Shown here in pieces: positions 6,942-14,740 of a stretch of DNA of 25,110 nt. Every line of letters begins with the position of its first letter. The first letter of the stretch is position 1. A model generated the notes under the pieces. The model saw nothing but the letters and a program-made list of their open reading frames with translations. It had not been told where the DNA came from and did not search any database. Position numbers and translations under genes: made by a program. Source of the DNA: Clostridia bacterium (GTDB lineage Bacteria > Bacillota > Clostridia > UMGS1810); NCBI GenBank assembly GCA_017549745.1, contig JAFYUA010000240.1:1-25110 (forward strand), in the 5' to 3' direction.

Positions 6942-8432
6942 TTATACCCTCTCTGCTAACACAATTTCTCTTCTGATTACTTTGAGCAGCTCTCCAAGTG
7001 TGGGTCTTGCTTTATATTCATTTTTTATAACACTTGTTATAATTTGGTGAAACTCAGGTGACATATTCTCTCTGATGGCTTCAAGATTTTGGGCAAGGGT
7101 TTCGTCACTCGCATTGCCAAAGAGCACATAGAGCGCAATCTTGGCAACTGCAAACACATCCACCTGCTCCCAGTCGGGTTTGGAACCTTTGGCAAAAGCG
7201 CCCATCTTGATTTCATTTGGTGCATATGGGTCGCGGGCGCCCTTTAGCGCAAATGCATTTGGCCCCACTGTAAGATCCGACGGCACGGCAACGGAAGAAT
7301 CCATGACCTTGGAGTATTCAAAATTGCCTATGCGCACACTGCAGCCCTTGGGAGTGGGAGTGATGAAAATGCAGGTGGGATGCAGGTTACGATGATGAAT
7401 AGACACAGAGTCGGTTATATCGATAAGAGAATACAAAATCTCAACAATATCCTCAATAATGCCAAGCTTGAGAGTGAGCACATCATTGGGGAAACGAGCT
7501 GAATAATCACGGAGGAATTTTTCATATTCATCACGCTGATTGAGCATAAAGGTGTTTTCTTCGGTGAGATAGCAAAGAAATCTCACCCTGCAATCGACCG
7601 CGGTGGGAATTTCCTCAGACCAAATAGGCATCTGAGATATGCGCGAGTTATATTTTTTGATTGTGTCCATAGCCATAAGGTCGCGAAATTGGGTGACATC
7701 GCCGTCACTGTCTTTTTCAAAGCGTCGGATTATGGCATAGCGGCACTCTTCCCTGCCCTCGTAGTGTTCTATCTTTCGGCATTTGTAGCTTTTGATTTTG
7801 GGCGGTTGACCATGAAATGAAAACATCGGCTTGATGACCTCATAGTCACCTATAGGCAGAAGGTCATAGGTTTCATAGCCCTTTATTTCCGCCACACGAA
7901 CATTGTCGCTCTTGCGCACATATGCCTCGCGTCTTTCGTTGGGTGCAATGCGCGATATCTTTTTGCCCATGGCATAGCCATATACAAGCAGATATAGTGA
8001 CTTAAACACCTTGGCAGCCTCTGCCTCGGCATTTTTACTGTAGACAATATCGGTTTCCACCTTTTCGATGGTGGTGAGAAGCTTTTTCACGCTTTTTTCC
8101 AGAGGACTGTGGACTGCATCATTGCCTGTGCTTCTCACAAGGTTCATGTCATAGCTCACCGAGGTGTCAAGATAGCCGTTGGCAAAACAATATTGCATTT
8201 TGTCCACAATGGTAGAAAGACCTGCAGCCTGCTTTTGGTCATAATCGGTGGGCACCTGCACACCGTTGATGTCGAGCACTGCATCAAGAAAGCTCTCCAC
8301 AGCGGTGCGGGCACGAGTGGAGATATTGAACGGATGGGTGCGCGCGGTGCGCTCACAATCCACACAATGAGTGTAGAGCTGATTGTAGCCTTTCAGTCTG
8401 GAATCTTCATTTTTCATAAAATCAAATAGCAT
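6942..8432 (-). CDS. DUF4145/HEPN-like domain fused to a kinase-like (pseudokinase) domain (496 aa)
   Basis: Likely start is ATG 8432 (AAAGGA RBS, 8-nt spacer) rather than 8477. The N-terminal RTAVESFL...RSTGNDAVH matches the DUF4145 pattern (R-x2-GN-x-A-x-H). The C-terminal kinase fold has degenerate motifs: AIIR, HRNLHP, GNFE, YAPNE, DVFAVA, RPT. Confidence 0.75.
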   Translation of the reverse strand: MLFDFMKNEDSRLKGYNQLYTHCVDCERTARTHPFNISTRARTAVESFLDAVLDINGVQVPTDYDQKQAAGLSTIVDKMQYCFANGYLDTSVSYDMNLVRSTGNDAVHSPLEKSVKKLLTTIEKVETDIVYSKNAEAEAAKVFKSLYLLVYGYAMGKKISRIAPNERREAYVRKSDNVRVAEIKGYETYDLLPIGDYEVIKPMFSFHGQPPKIKSYKCRKIEHYEGREECRYAIIRRFEKDSDGDVTQFRDLMAMDTIKKYNSRISQMPIWSEEIPTAVDCRVRFLCYLTEENTFMLNQRDEYEKFLRDYSARFPNDVLTLKLGIIEDIVEILYSLIDITDSVSIHHRNLHPTCIFITPTPKGCSVRIGNFEYSKVMDSSVAVPSDLTVGPNAFALKGARDPYAPNEIKMGAFAKGSKPDWEQVDVFAVAKIALYVLFGNASDETLAQNLEAIRENMSPEFHQIITSVIKNEYKARPTLGELLKVIRREIVLAERV

Positions 8433-8533
8433 AACGGTTATCCTTTGTGAAAGAAATTTAAATGATAATAGTGTCAAGGCGCGAGATAAGTGAATGTAAA
8501 ACCTTCTCCTATTGCCTATGGTATCCCAAAGGT

Positions 8534-9166
8534 TTATATTTTACTTCTATATAGCAAATACGAATACACTGTTGGAATAATCACAATTACAAAAATAGTA
8601 ATCATAAACAAAATTGTAAATTTTAATAGTCCTGCTACAGTCATTAATATACCGCTGATAATCCAAAGCTTTCCTGCAAGTTTATGCGTCTTATTCCAAT
8701 TTTCCTCATCGTGCAAGGTCCAGGGAAGTCTGATTCCAATAGTATAGTTTTGTTTGCACTTCGGAAGAATAAAACCAAGAACAAAAATTACAACTCCAAC
8801 AAAAACAAACATTATGTTTTCGACATTTACTCTATATCCCAATGCATTACCATAGATACAAACTCCGCATATCAAAGAGCAAATAGGAATTATGCTTATA
8901 ACAACGGAAATTACTTTGTTATTTATATTCTTTTTTCTTGGATCAGCATTTGTAGCAATGATACATATTAAATTTACAATTGTCAGCAGCGCCGGAAGTC
9001 CGACTACTGCAAACAGTTTACTGCTATAGCCTGTAGGCTCACCATTCCAACCGAAACTTGTTGCTATATTCTACGGAAGTCTGCCCCATACAATAAATCC
9101 AAAAATCATCGGCAATAATGTAATTATGGAAGAAATAATTATATTAAATTTATTGTTTTTTATCAT
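8534..9166 (-). pseudogene. sdpI: SdpI/DUF1648-family immunity membrane protein interrupted by an in-frame TAG
   Basis: The frame opens at ATG 9166 (AGGTGG RBS): MIKNNKFNIIISSIITLLPMIFGFIVWGRLP*NIATSFGWNGEPTGYSSK... It continues in the same frame into NYTIGIRLPWTLHDEENWNKTHKLAGKLW, the SdpI signature. The TAG is codon 32 (9071-9073). The track shows only the 113-aa C-terminal part. Confidence 0.8.
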
Positions 9167-9314
9167 ATAACCACCTAAATTTTGTTTTAATTAATATGTG
9201 TGTTATCGCAACTTATTAAACTATCATTTTTTGGTACAGTTTTTGGATTAGCTCGCATTCGATAGTATATGTAAATATTTAAAAGCGGCAAACCAATCTT
9301 TGATTTTCATGGAC

Positions 9315-9344
9315 TTGACACGAATAAGTCTATACCAATATAAT
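9315..9344 (+). promoter_or_regulatory. consensus sigma70/sigmaA promoter on the plus strand
   Basis: TTGACA (9315-9320), 18-nt spacer, TATAAT (9339-9344). Both hexamers are perfect. It points antisense into the esterase gene ending at 9371. Confidence 0.55.
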
Positions 9345-9370
9345 AGAGCCGACTCATTATCTTCGCATCT

Positions 9371-10132
9371 TTACAATAATTCCATTTTTGTTCTGTTATC
9401 ATCTTTTTCATTTGGTTTATTATAATAGTTCAAGTTATAACTTTCAAACTTTTGGTACGCATTGAAATACCGTATTCCAAATTCCTTCAATGCTGCGGCA
9501 TTAAAGTGTAGGTTATCCGGATTTGCCCCCAGACCATCGGCCGATACATAGGCGCAATTGGGATATTCTTCAGCAATTTTTCTGAGTGAACGATTTATGT
9601 GATGGTAGTTTTTCAGGTCTTCATCCAGAGTGCAATTCAAAAGAAAATCTCCTAAACCACCAATAAGGATTGGTAGATTCGGCATTTCTATATGTTTTCT
9701 AAGTTCATTCATAATAACAGTAAAATGTTCCTGATAAAGTGGATATCTTTCCGGGCTACAATCTCCTTCACCCTGATGCCAGATCACCCCAACCAAATGC
9801 GAGGTTCTCATAGCAAGTTTGGTACAATTTACAGCGTTATTAAAAAGCAGTCCGCCAGGTTGCCATTGTTCCAAACTCGTACCACCATCAGCACAAGGTA
9901 TGATGCCAACTTCAACGCCAGGATGAGAATCGGAATAAGCTTTTGCAAAGCTCTCAGCCAGGCAAGTACCCGAAAACGGGCGATCTGGGTTTACCGGTCG
10001 ATACATTGTCTGCCATCTGCCGTTGCGAAGGACTTTTAATTTGTCACCACAAGTGTCAAGCTCTTCTGCTTCATCATAAAATCCTCTGCCGGCAGCATTG
10101 GACTGGCCTATTAACAAAAATGAATGTATCAT
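9371..10132 (-). CDS. SASA-family (DUF303/CE6-like) carbohydrate acetylesterase (253 aa)
   Basis: Motifs LLIGQSNAAG, GGTSL-x2-W, WHQGEGD and DNLHF. AAGAAAGGG RBS. Confidence 0.88.
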   Translation of the reverse strand: MIHSFLLIGQSNAAGRGFYDEAEELDTCGDKLKVLRNGRWQTMYRPVNPDRPFSGTCLAESFAKAYSDSHPGVEVGIIPCADGGTSLEQWQPGGLLFNNAVNCTKLAMRTSHLVGVIWHQGEGDCSPERYPLYQEHFTVIMNELRKHIEMPNLPILIGGLGDFLLNCTLDEDLKNYHHINRSLRKIAEEYPNCAYVSADGLGANPDNLHFNAAALKEFGIRYFNAYQKFESYNLNYYNKPNEKDDNRTKMELL

Positions 10133-10183
10133 AATTCAAAACCCTTTCTTTATTTTATCAAAACACTATGTAATGATATAATC

Positions 10184-10217
10184 ATTGCGAGGCATAAGGT
10201 TTAGATGCAAACCTTTT
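10184..10217. repeat. 34-bp direct repeat copy 1 (hairpin-forming)
   Basis: ATTGCGAGGCATAAGGTTTAGATGCAAACCTTTT. Matches 10939-10973 with one substitution and one indel. Contains the perfect stem AAGGTTT/AAACCTT with a 6-nt loop. Confidence 0.85.
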
Positions 10218-10241
10218 TATCCTTTAACCAAAAATCATTTA

Positions 10242-10910
10242 TTAAAGTTGTTCTAAAAACTTTTTCAATTTATGTGAAATTACTGCATTTCCATTATCAT
10301 TTGGATGCAATCCATCAGGAATGTAGTTTTCCTGAATTTCTTTTATCTCAGGTTGCAATCCGCTTGTTGCAAACAAATCCAATACGGGAAGGGAATAATA
10401 TTGTGCAACTTCTCTGATTATATTTACATATTCTTTCAATGTTCCAAAATCACCGGGTTCTTTTCCTTCTGGAATTTTTGTTTCACCAATTCTATGAAGC
10501 GGTGTCATAATCACGATGGTTTTTCCAATATATTTTTTAATGAGTCCACTGAACAAATAATGGCAGGCTCCGTAAAAGGTTTCCGGCGTTCTGTCAGAAA
10601 AGCTGCCTATTCCTGCATCTCCGTGCCCATAATCATTTGTTCCGCCAAAAACAACTACAACATCTGCATCATCATCCATTTGTTCAAATCTTTCACAAAA
10701 AGAATTTATGTCCACATAGTCATCTTTTGGTCTTGCCGTTGTTCCCTTTTGCAAAGCAAACCTCGTACCACTTATTCCATAGTTTCTTGCAACTGCCAAA
10801 TCGGCTTCCTTTTTCAAAACTGAGTGGTATATCGTCTGTTCACAACTCGCTCCCACCCCCTGTGTAATACTGTCTCCCAAAAAATTGATTTTAAGACCTC
10901 TTAATTCCAT
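10242..10910 (-). CDS. SGNH/GDSL hydrolase (222 aa)
   Basis: Block I FLGDSIT, block III GGTNDY, block V DGLHPN. AAAGGAG RBS. Confidence 0.92.
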   Translation of the reverse strand: MELRGLKINFLGDSITQGVGASCEQTIYHSVLKKEADLAVARNYGISGTRFALQKGTTARPKDDYVDINSFCERFEQMDDDADVVVVFGGTNDYGHGDAGIGSFSDRTPETFYGACHYLFSGLIKKYIGKTIVIMTPLHRIGETKIPEGKEPGDFGTLKEYVNIIREVAQYYSLPVLDLFATSGLQPEIKEIQENYIPDGLHPNDNGNAVISHKLKKFLEQL

Positions 10911-10938
10911 GCTAGTTATCTCCTTTGTAAATTTATTA

Positions 10939-10973
10939 ATTGCGAGGCATACGGTTTAGATGCAAAGCCTTTT
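10939..10973. repeat. direct repeat copy 2 (35 bp)
   Basis: ATTGCGAGGCATACGGTTTAGATGCAAAGCCTTTT; near-identical to 10184-10217. Confidence 0.85.
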
Positions 10974-11006
10974 GATGTAAAGTTCATATTAAGTTAGGAT
11001 AAAAAA

Positions 11007-11231
11007 TCAATCGACTTGTATAAATCCTTCTAACCAAGAACCAACATTTAATTCATATTCGCTAATATAAAAACATTCGTCATCATATTTATTGAACCCC
11101 GGAAGCAATTTGTATTTAGACACTGCATTTTCTGCCATTTGTCTACTTTCGAAAATTCCAAGTGTTTTAGTTTCCGTATATTCAAGGTTTTCTCCATAAT
11201 CATAAGCATGTTCTAATAAATACACTTTCAT
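11007..11231 (-). CDS. small hypothetical protein (74 aa), DUF7336-like
   Basis: GGAGGT RBS. The pattern VYLLEH-x-Y...K-x-LGIFESR-x2-AE-x-A-x6-LPGF...FYI-x-EY-x-LN-x3-W-x-EGF resembles the DUF7336 family as recalled, not searched. Confidence 0.65.
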   Translation of the reverse strand: MKVYLLEHAYDYGENLEYTETKTLGIFESRQMAENAVSKYKLLPGFNKYDDECFYISEYELNVGSWLEGFIQVD

Positions 11232-11343
11232 ATCAATATTACCTCCATTTCAAATAGAATTAATTTTTTCACCAAAATTCGACATAGTTCGAGTCAAGTC
11301 AGACGAAAATTATATATCTATACCTGCGCTTTCACTTTCATAA

Positions 11344-12279
11344 TTACTGTTTTAACTGACTTTTCTTTGCACTCTTCGTGGTGGATGATATTATGTATTT
11401 GGGTCTGCCCTTGATTTCCTCATAGATGCGAGCAATATAATAGCCAATGATGCCAAGGCTTATCATGATGATGCTGCCTATGAAAATGGTTATGATGATA
11501 ACGGTGGTCATGCCCTCGAGTGCTCTGCCGACTATCTTGTCGATAAGTGCCCATATGCCGAACACAACTGATATAAAAAGCATAACAAATCCAAGAACGG
11601 TTACCGTTTGCATTGGGGCTGTGGAATATGAGGAAATGTTGGAAATTGCGTATTTGATAAGTCCGCGAGTTGACCATTTGGACTCGCCGCCCACACGCTC
11701 CCTTACCTCAAACTCAACTGTGGTTTTGTTGTAGCCCACCCAATAGGAAATTGCTCTGAAAAATCCCCTCTCGGGCATTTGGTTGAGCACATCGATTACC
11801 TTGCGGTCAAGAAGCTTAAAATCAGACGAATTGGTCATGTCAAAGCCCGCCATGCGGCTGATAACGGAGTAAAAAGCTTTTGCACCGATGCTATGCAGCT
11901 TCTTCTCCTGCCCGCGCTCGCTTTTTATGCCCTCAACAATTTCGTAGCCTTGCTGCCACAGACGATACATTTCGATGATTTTTTCGCTTGGATGCTGAAG
12001 GTCGCAATCGATGACAACGGCGCAGTTGCCGTTTGCTGCTGCAAGACCTGCAGATATGGCGGCTTCTTTGCCAAAGTTTCTTGAAAAATGCAAGCCCACA
12101 ACATTTTCTGCTTCACAGGCAAGCTCGTTGATTATGGCATAGGTGCGGTCACGGGAACCATCATCTACAAAAACAAACTCACTTTCGATGCCATGTGCAC
12201 ATAGCAAGGAATACACCTCGTTATATGCAGGTTTTATGCATTTTTCTTCGTTATATGCGGGAATAATTACGGATAACAT
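11344..12279 (-). CDS. GT2 polyprenol-phosphate glycosyltransferase, GtrB/YkoT-like (311 aa)
   Basis: SVIIPAYNE, VDDGSRD, FSRNFGKEAA, IDCDLQHP and SDFKLLDR motifs, plus two C-terminal TM helices. Confidence 0.92.
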   Translation of the reverse strand: MLSVIIPAYNEEKCIKPAYNEVYSLLCAHGIESEFVFVDDGSRDRTYAIINELACEAENVVGLHFSRNFGKEAAISAGLAAANGNCAVVIDCDLQHPSEKIIEMYRLWQQGYEIVEGIKSERGQEKKLHSIGAKAFYSVISRMAGFDMTNSSDFKLLDRKVIDVLNQMPERGFFRAISYWVGYNKTTVEFEVRERVGGESKWSTRGLIKYAISNISSYSTAPMQTVTVLGFVMLFISVVFGIWALIDKIVGRALEGMTTVIIITIFIGSIIMISLGIIGYYIARIYEEIKGRPKYIISSTTKSAKKSQLKQ

Positions 12280-12299
12280 AATAAATCACCTTGCTTAAT

Positions 12300-13658
12300 T
12301 TAAAATAGTTCTTCAAATCGTGCGACACTCATGGGGCGGTAAAAATAGTAGCCCTGAAGCAAATCGGCGCCTGCCTCAACAGCCTTTAACTTCTGCTCCT
12401 CGGTTTCTATGCCTTCGCACAAAGTCTTAAAGCCCAAATCATGGGCAGTCTGAATGATATTTTTGAGGATTAAAAATCCAGTTTCAGTTATTGCATTTTG
12501 AGTGAGAGCTTTGTCGACCTTGACAATGCTTATGTCAAGCTCTGCCAAATCGTCAAAAGAAGCATAACCTTTGCCGAAATCGTCTAAAAGAATTGAAACG
12601 CCTTTTTCTTTCAGGCGGGTCAGATTTTTGGTCATTGCACCCTTTTCTGAATCGGTCAGTTCTTTATCTTCAAGGATTTCGACTGCAAGGCATGGATAAT
12701 CGACGCCATATTTTTCCACTATTGCTATTATATTATCTGCAAAGTCTTCATCGCAAAGAGTGGAGCGAGAAAAATTGATTGTATATACATATCTTCTGCG
12801 CTGCTGCTTGTCATTTGAAATCCATTTGCAGTTTTTTTCAAAGATATAGTAATCAAATTTTTCATTGAGTCCCACATTATTTACTGCAGAGAGAAAATGA
12901 TGGGGAGTTAAAATTCCCTCGGTGGGAGAATTGAGCCTTGAAAGTACCTCAGCACCTATAATATTGTCCGTCTTTGCATCTAAAATGGGCTGATATTCAA
13001 GAAAAAATCTGTTGTTGTCGATTTCATTTTGTATGTTGTTTTCTATTTTGATTTTGCGTTCAAATTCTTTGCCGTTGCTGTTGTCCCACTGGCAATACAA
13101 AACCTCACGGTCTTCAGCCATGCTGCACGCCTGCTTTGCTCTTGAAAGCGCGGTTTCAAACGAAACCTCATTTGAGCTTGTGGTGTGGTAGCCAAAATAC
13201 ACGCGGGCAATATTGACGGCATCGTGTGCCGCAAAAGCTCTGCCTATTTCTTCATAGCATTTTTCGATGCACGCAATTATATCGGCTGAGTCCAAAGCAT
13301 TTAAGGCAACAAAATTGTTTTTGCCATAAAGCGAAATTTCGCCGTTTATATCAAGGCACAAGCTTTGAAGAAGAATTTTTTGGATTTGTTCATACATTCT
13401 CAGGGCTTTTGGCTCAGAGTACACCCTTTTCATGCCGTCAAGAGACACAGAAACATAGACGATGCAGCGGTTTTTGCGCTCTTCGCCTATCTTTTCAAAA
13501 TCGTTTTCAATTTTGCCTGTGCTGCAAAAGCCTTTTTCCACTGTACCGTTGGCCGTCTTTACAGATTTCATGGTAAAGTACAGACCAATCAGCACCAATG
13601 CAAGAAAGCATATTACAAGAACAGTTATAATTACATAAGGGTACTCAAAAATTTGCAT
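12300..13658 (-). CDS. membrane-anchored degenerate-GGDEF/EAL protein, putative c-di-GMP phosphodiesterase (452 aa)
   Basis: N-terminal TM helix. The GGDEF-like region has no GGDEF motif (YGKNNF). The EAL domain has YQPI, EVL, INFS, VEILE, LDDFG, KVD, EGIE and QGYYF. Confidence 0.88.
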   Translation of the reverse strand: MQIFEYPYVIITVLVICFLALVLIGLYFTMKSVKTANGTVEKGFCSTGKIENDFEKIGEERKNRCIVYVSVSLDGMKRVYSEPKALRMYEQIQKILLQSLCLDINGEISLYGKNNFVALNALDSADIIACIEKCYEEIGRAFAAHDAVNIARVYFGYHTTSSNEVSFETALSRAKQACSMAEDREVLYCQWDNSNGKEFERKIKIENNIQNEIDNNRFFLEYQPILDAKTDNIIGAEVLSRLNSPTEGILTPHHFLSAVNNVGLNEKFDYYIFEKNCKWISNDKQQRRRYVYTINFSRSTLCDEDFADNIIAIVEKYGVDYPCLAVEILEDKELTDSEKGAMTKNLTRLKEKGVSILLDDFGKGYASFDDLAELDISIVKVDKALTQNAITETGFLILKNIIQTAHDLGFKTLCEGIETEEQKLKAVEAGADLLQGYYFYRPMSVARFEELF

Positions 13659-13675
13659 ATGATGTCTCCAAATAA

Positions 13676-14740
13676 CTATTTTTCAAATATAGGGAACTCT
13701 TTTGTTCCTGATGTTTGTTTAAGGCCCAATTGATTTGCCACCTTTGTGCATTTGGCAATATCTTTTTTGGCTGTCATTTTGCGCCTTACTATCTCTTTGG
13801 CCACAAAGCAGGGGTTAAACATGCGCATTGCTTTGATGACATCGCTCTTTGCCACAGTGCCGCGTTTGTATTCAGCGAGGATTTCAAAGAGAGCATAGTC
13901 TATGGATTTTTTGTCAAAATTCTCATTAGCTATGCTTCTGAGCCATTTTGCATATTTGACAAATCGGTCTATGCTTGCATTTTCTTTGAAATATACTCCG
14001 CTGATGTAAAACTTTTGCATATCTTCATCCATTGACTGAAGAAGCGATGAATAGTATTTTTGCTGTATTTTCAGAACTTCGGTGTGTTGTCGCTCCAGGG
14101 TGGTGCTTGTGATTTGCTTGTCATGCAAACGATATATCAAAAGGCACTCAGGCAAAATCTTCATCTTGTGATTTGCCATTGCGAGCCTTGTCCACAATTC
14201 GAGGTCTTCGGTGCATGTGAGGGTGGTGTCATAGCAAAATTCCTTCATAACCTCTGCCTTTGCAATAACGCCGGGGTGCAAAATGGGATTTGCCACCAAA
14301 AGCATCGCCTTTATGGCATCACTATCGCATCTGCCTCCTGCCCCGCCCGATGCATACACGCCGTTTTTGACGGTCATGAATCTGCACGATGAGAGTGAAA
14401 CATCGGGGTTTTCTTCCATAAATTTATATTGGTTTTCGAGCCTGCCCGGCAGGCTGATGTCATCGGCATCCATCCTTGCTATGTATTTGCCGCTGCAAAG
14501 CGAAATCGCCTTGTTGAGCGAGGTGGGTAGTCTGAGATTGACCTCGTTTGGGTGCACCTTGACCCTTGCATCCTTTTGCGCAAAATCTGCAAGAATCTGG
14601 GCTGTGGAGTCTGTTGAGCAATCATTGATGACTATGAGTTCCCAGTTTTGGAAGGTCTGATTTATGATGCTTTCAATTGCTTCGGCAAGATATGCCTCGC
14701 CGTTATATACACTCATTATTACTGATACATCAACTTTCAT
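13676..14740 (-). CDS. GT2 family glycosyltransferase
   Basis: SVIMSVYNGE, INDCSTD, ARMDADD and EDLELW motifs. Likely start is ATG 14740 (MKVDVSV), overlapping the upstream stop. Confidence 0.9.
   Translation of the reverse strand: MKVDVSVIMSVYNGEAYLAEAIESIINQTFQNWELIVINDCSTDSTAQILADFAQKDARVKVHPNEVNLRLPTSLNKAISLCSGKYIARMDADDISLPGRLENQYKFMEENPDVSLSSCRFMTVKNGVYASGGAGGRCDSDAIKAMLLVANPILHPGVIAKAEVMKEFCYDTTLTCTEDLELWTRLAMANHKMKILPECLLIYRLHDKQITSTTLERQHTEVLKIQQKYYSSLLQSMDEDMQKFYISGVYFKENASIDRFVKYAKWLRSIANENFDKKSIDYALFEILAEYKRGTVAKSDVIKAMRMFNPCFVAKEIVRRKMTAKKDIAKCTKVANQLGLKQTSGTKEFPIFEK

Larger units (their letters stand above)
8490..11340. other. AT-rich insert (putative horizontally acquired segment)
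   Basis: Spot counts of 60-nt lines gave 17/60 G+C (8521-8580) and 18/60 (9661-9720), versus 28/60 (14401-14460) and 35/60 (3601-3660) in the flanks. Genes are short with longer AT-rich spacers. No integrase or transposase is present. Boundaries are approximate. Confidence 0.65.

Noticed and set aside
8455-8500. TTGACA at 8477-8472 (minus) as the -35 of the kinase/helicase operon promoter
   Set aside because: No acceptable -10 at 16-18 nt spacing; the promoter cannot be assigned with confidence.
8490-8971. Plus-strand ORFs 8490..8747 and 8684..8971
   Set aside because: Antisense shadows of the sdpI-family frame with low-complexity Ile/Asn-rich translations and no RBS.
9071-9073. Genome-wide TAG recoding (pyrrolysine or alternative code)
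   Set aside because: Only one in-frame TAG was seen in an accessory gene. The other long ORFs translate to full-length, motif-complete proteins under the standard code.
9284-9320. GGCAAACC...GGAC and the repeat's GATGCAAAGCC resemble fragments of the c-di-GMP-I (GEMM) riboswitch
   Set aside because: The GNRA-capped P1 stem and the following P2 elements are missing, the pieces are not contiguous, and they lie on the strand opposite the genes.
9337-9350. GGCTCTATTATATT (minus strand) resembling an ISL3-family terminal inverted repeat
   Set aside because: No partner end and no transposase remnant were found; the match is short and from memory only.
10184-10973. CRISPR array interpretation of the 34-bp repeats
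   Set aside because: There are only two copies, separated by ~720 nt containing a full gene, and no cas genes.
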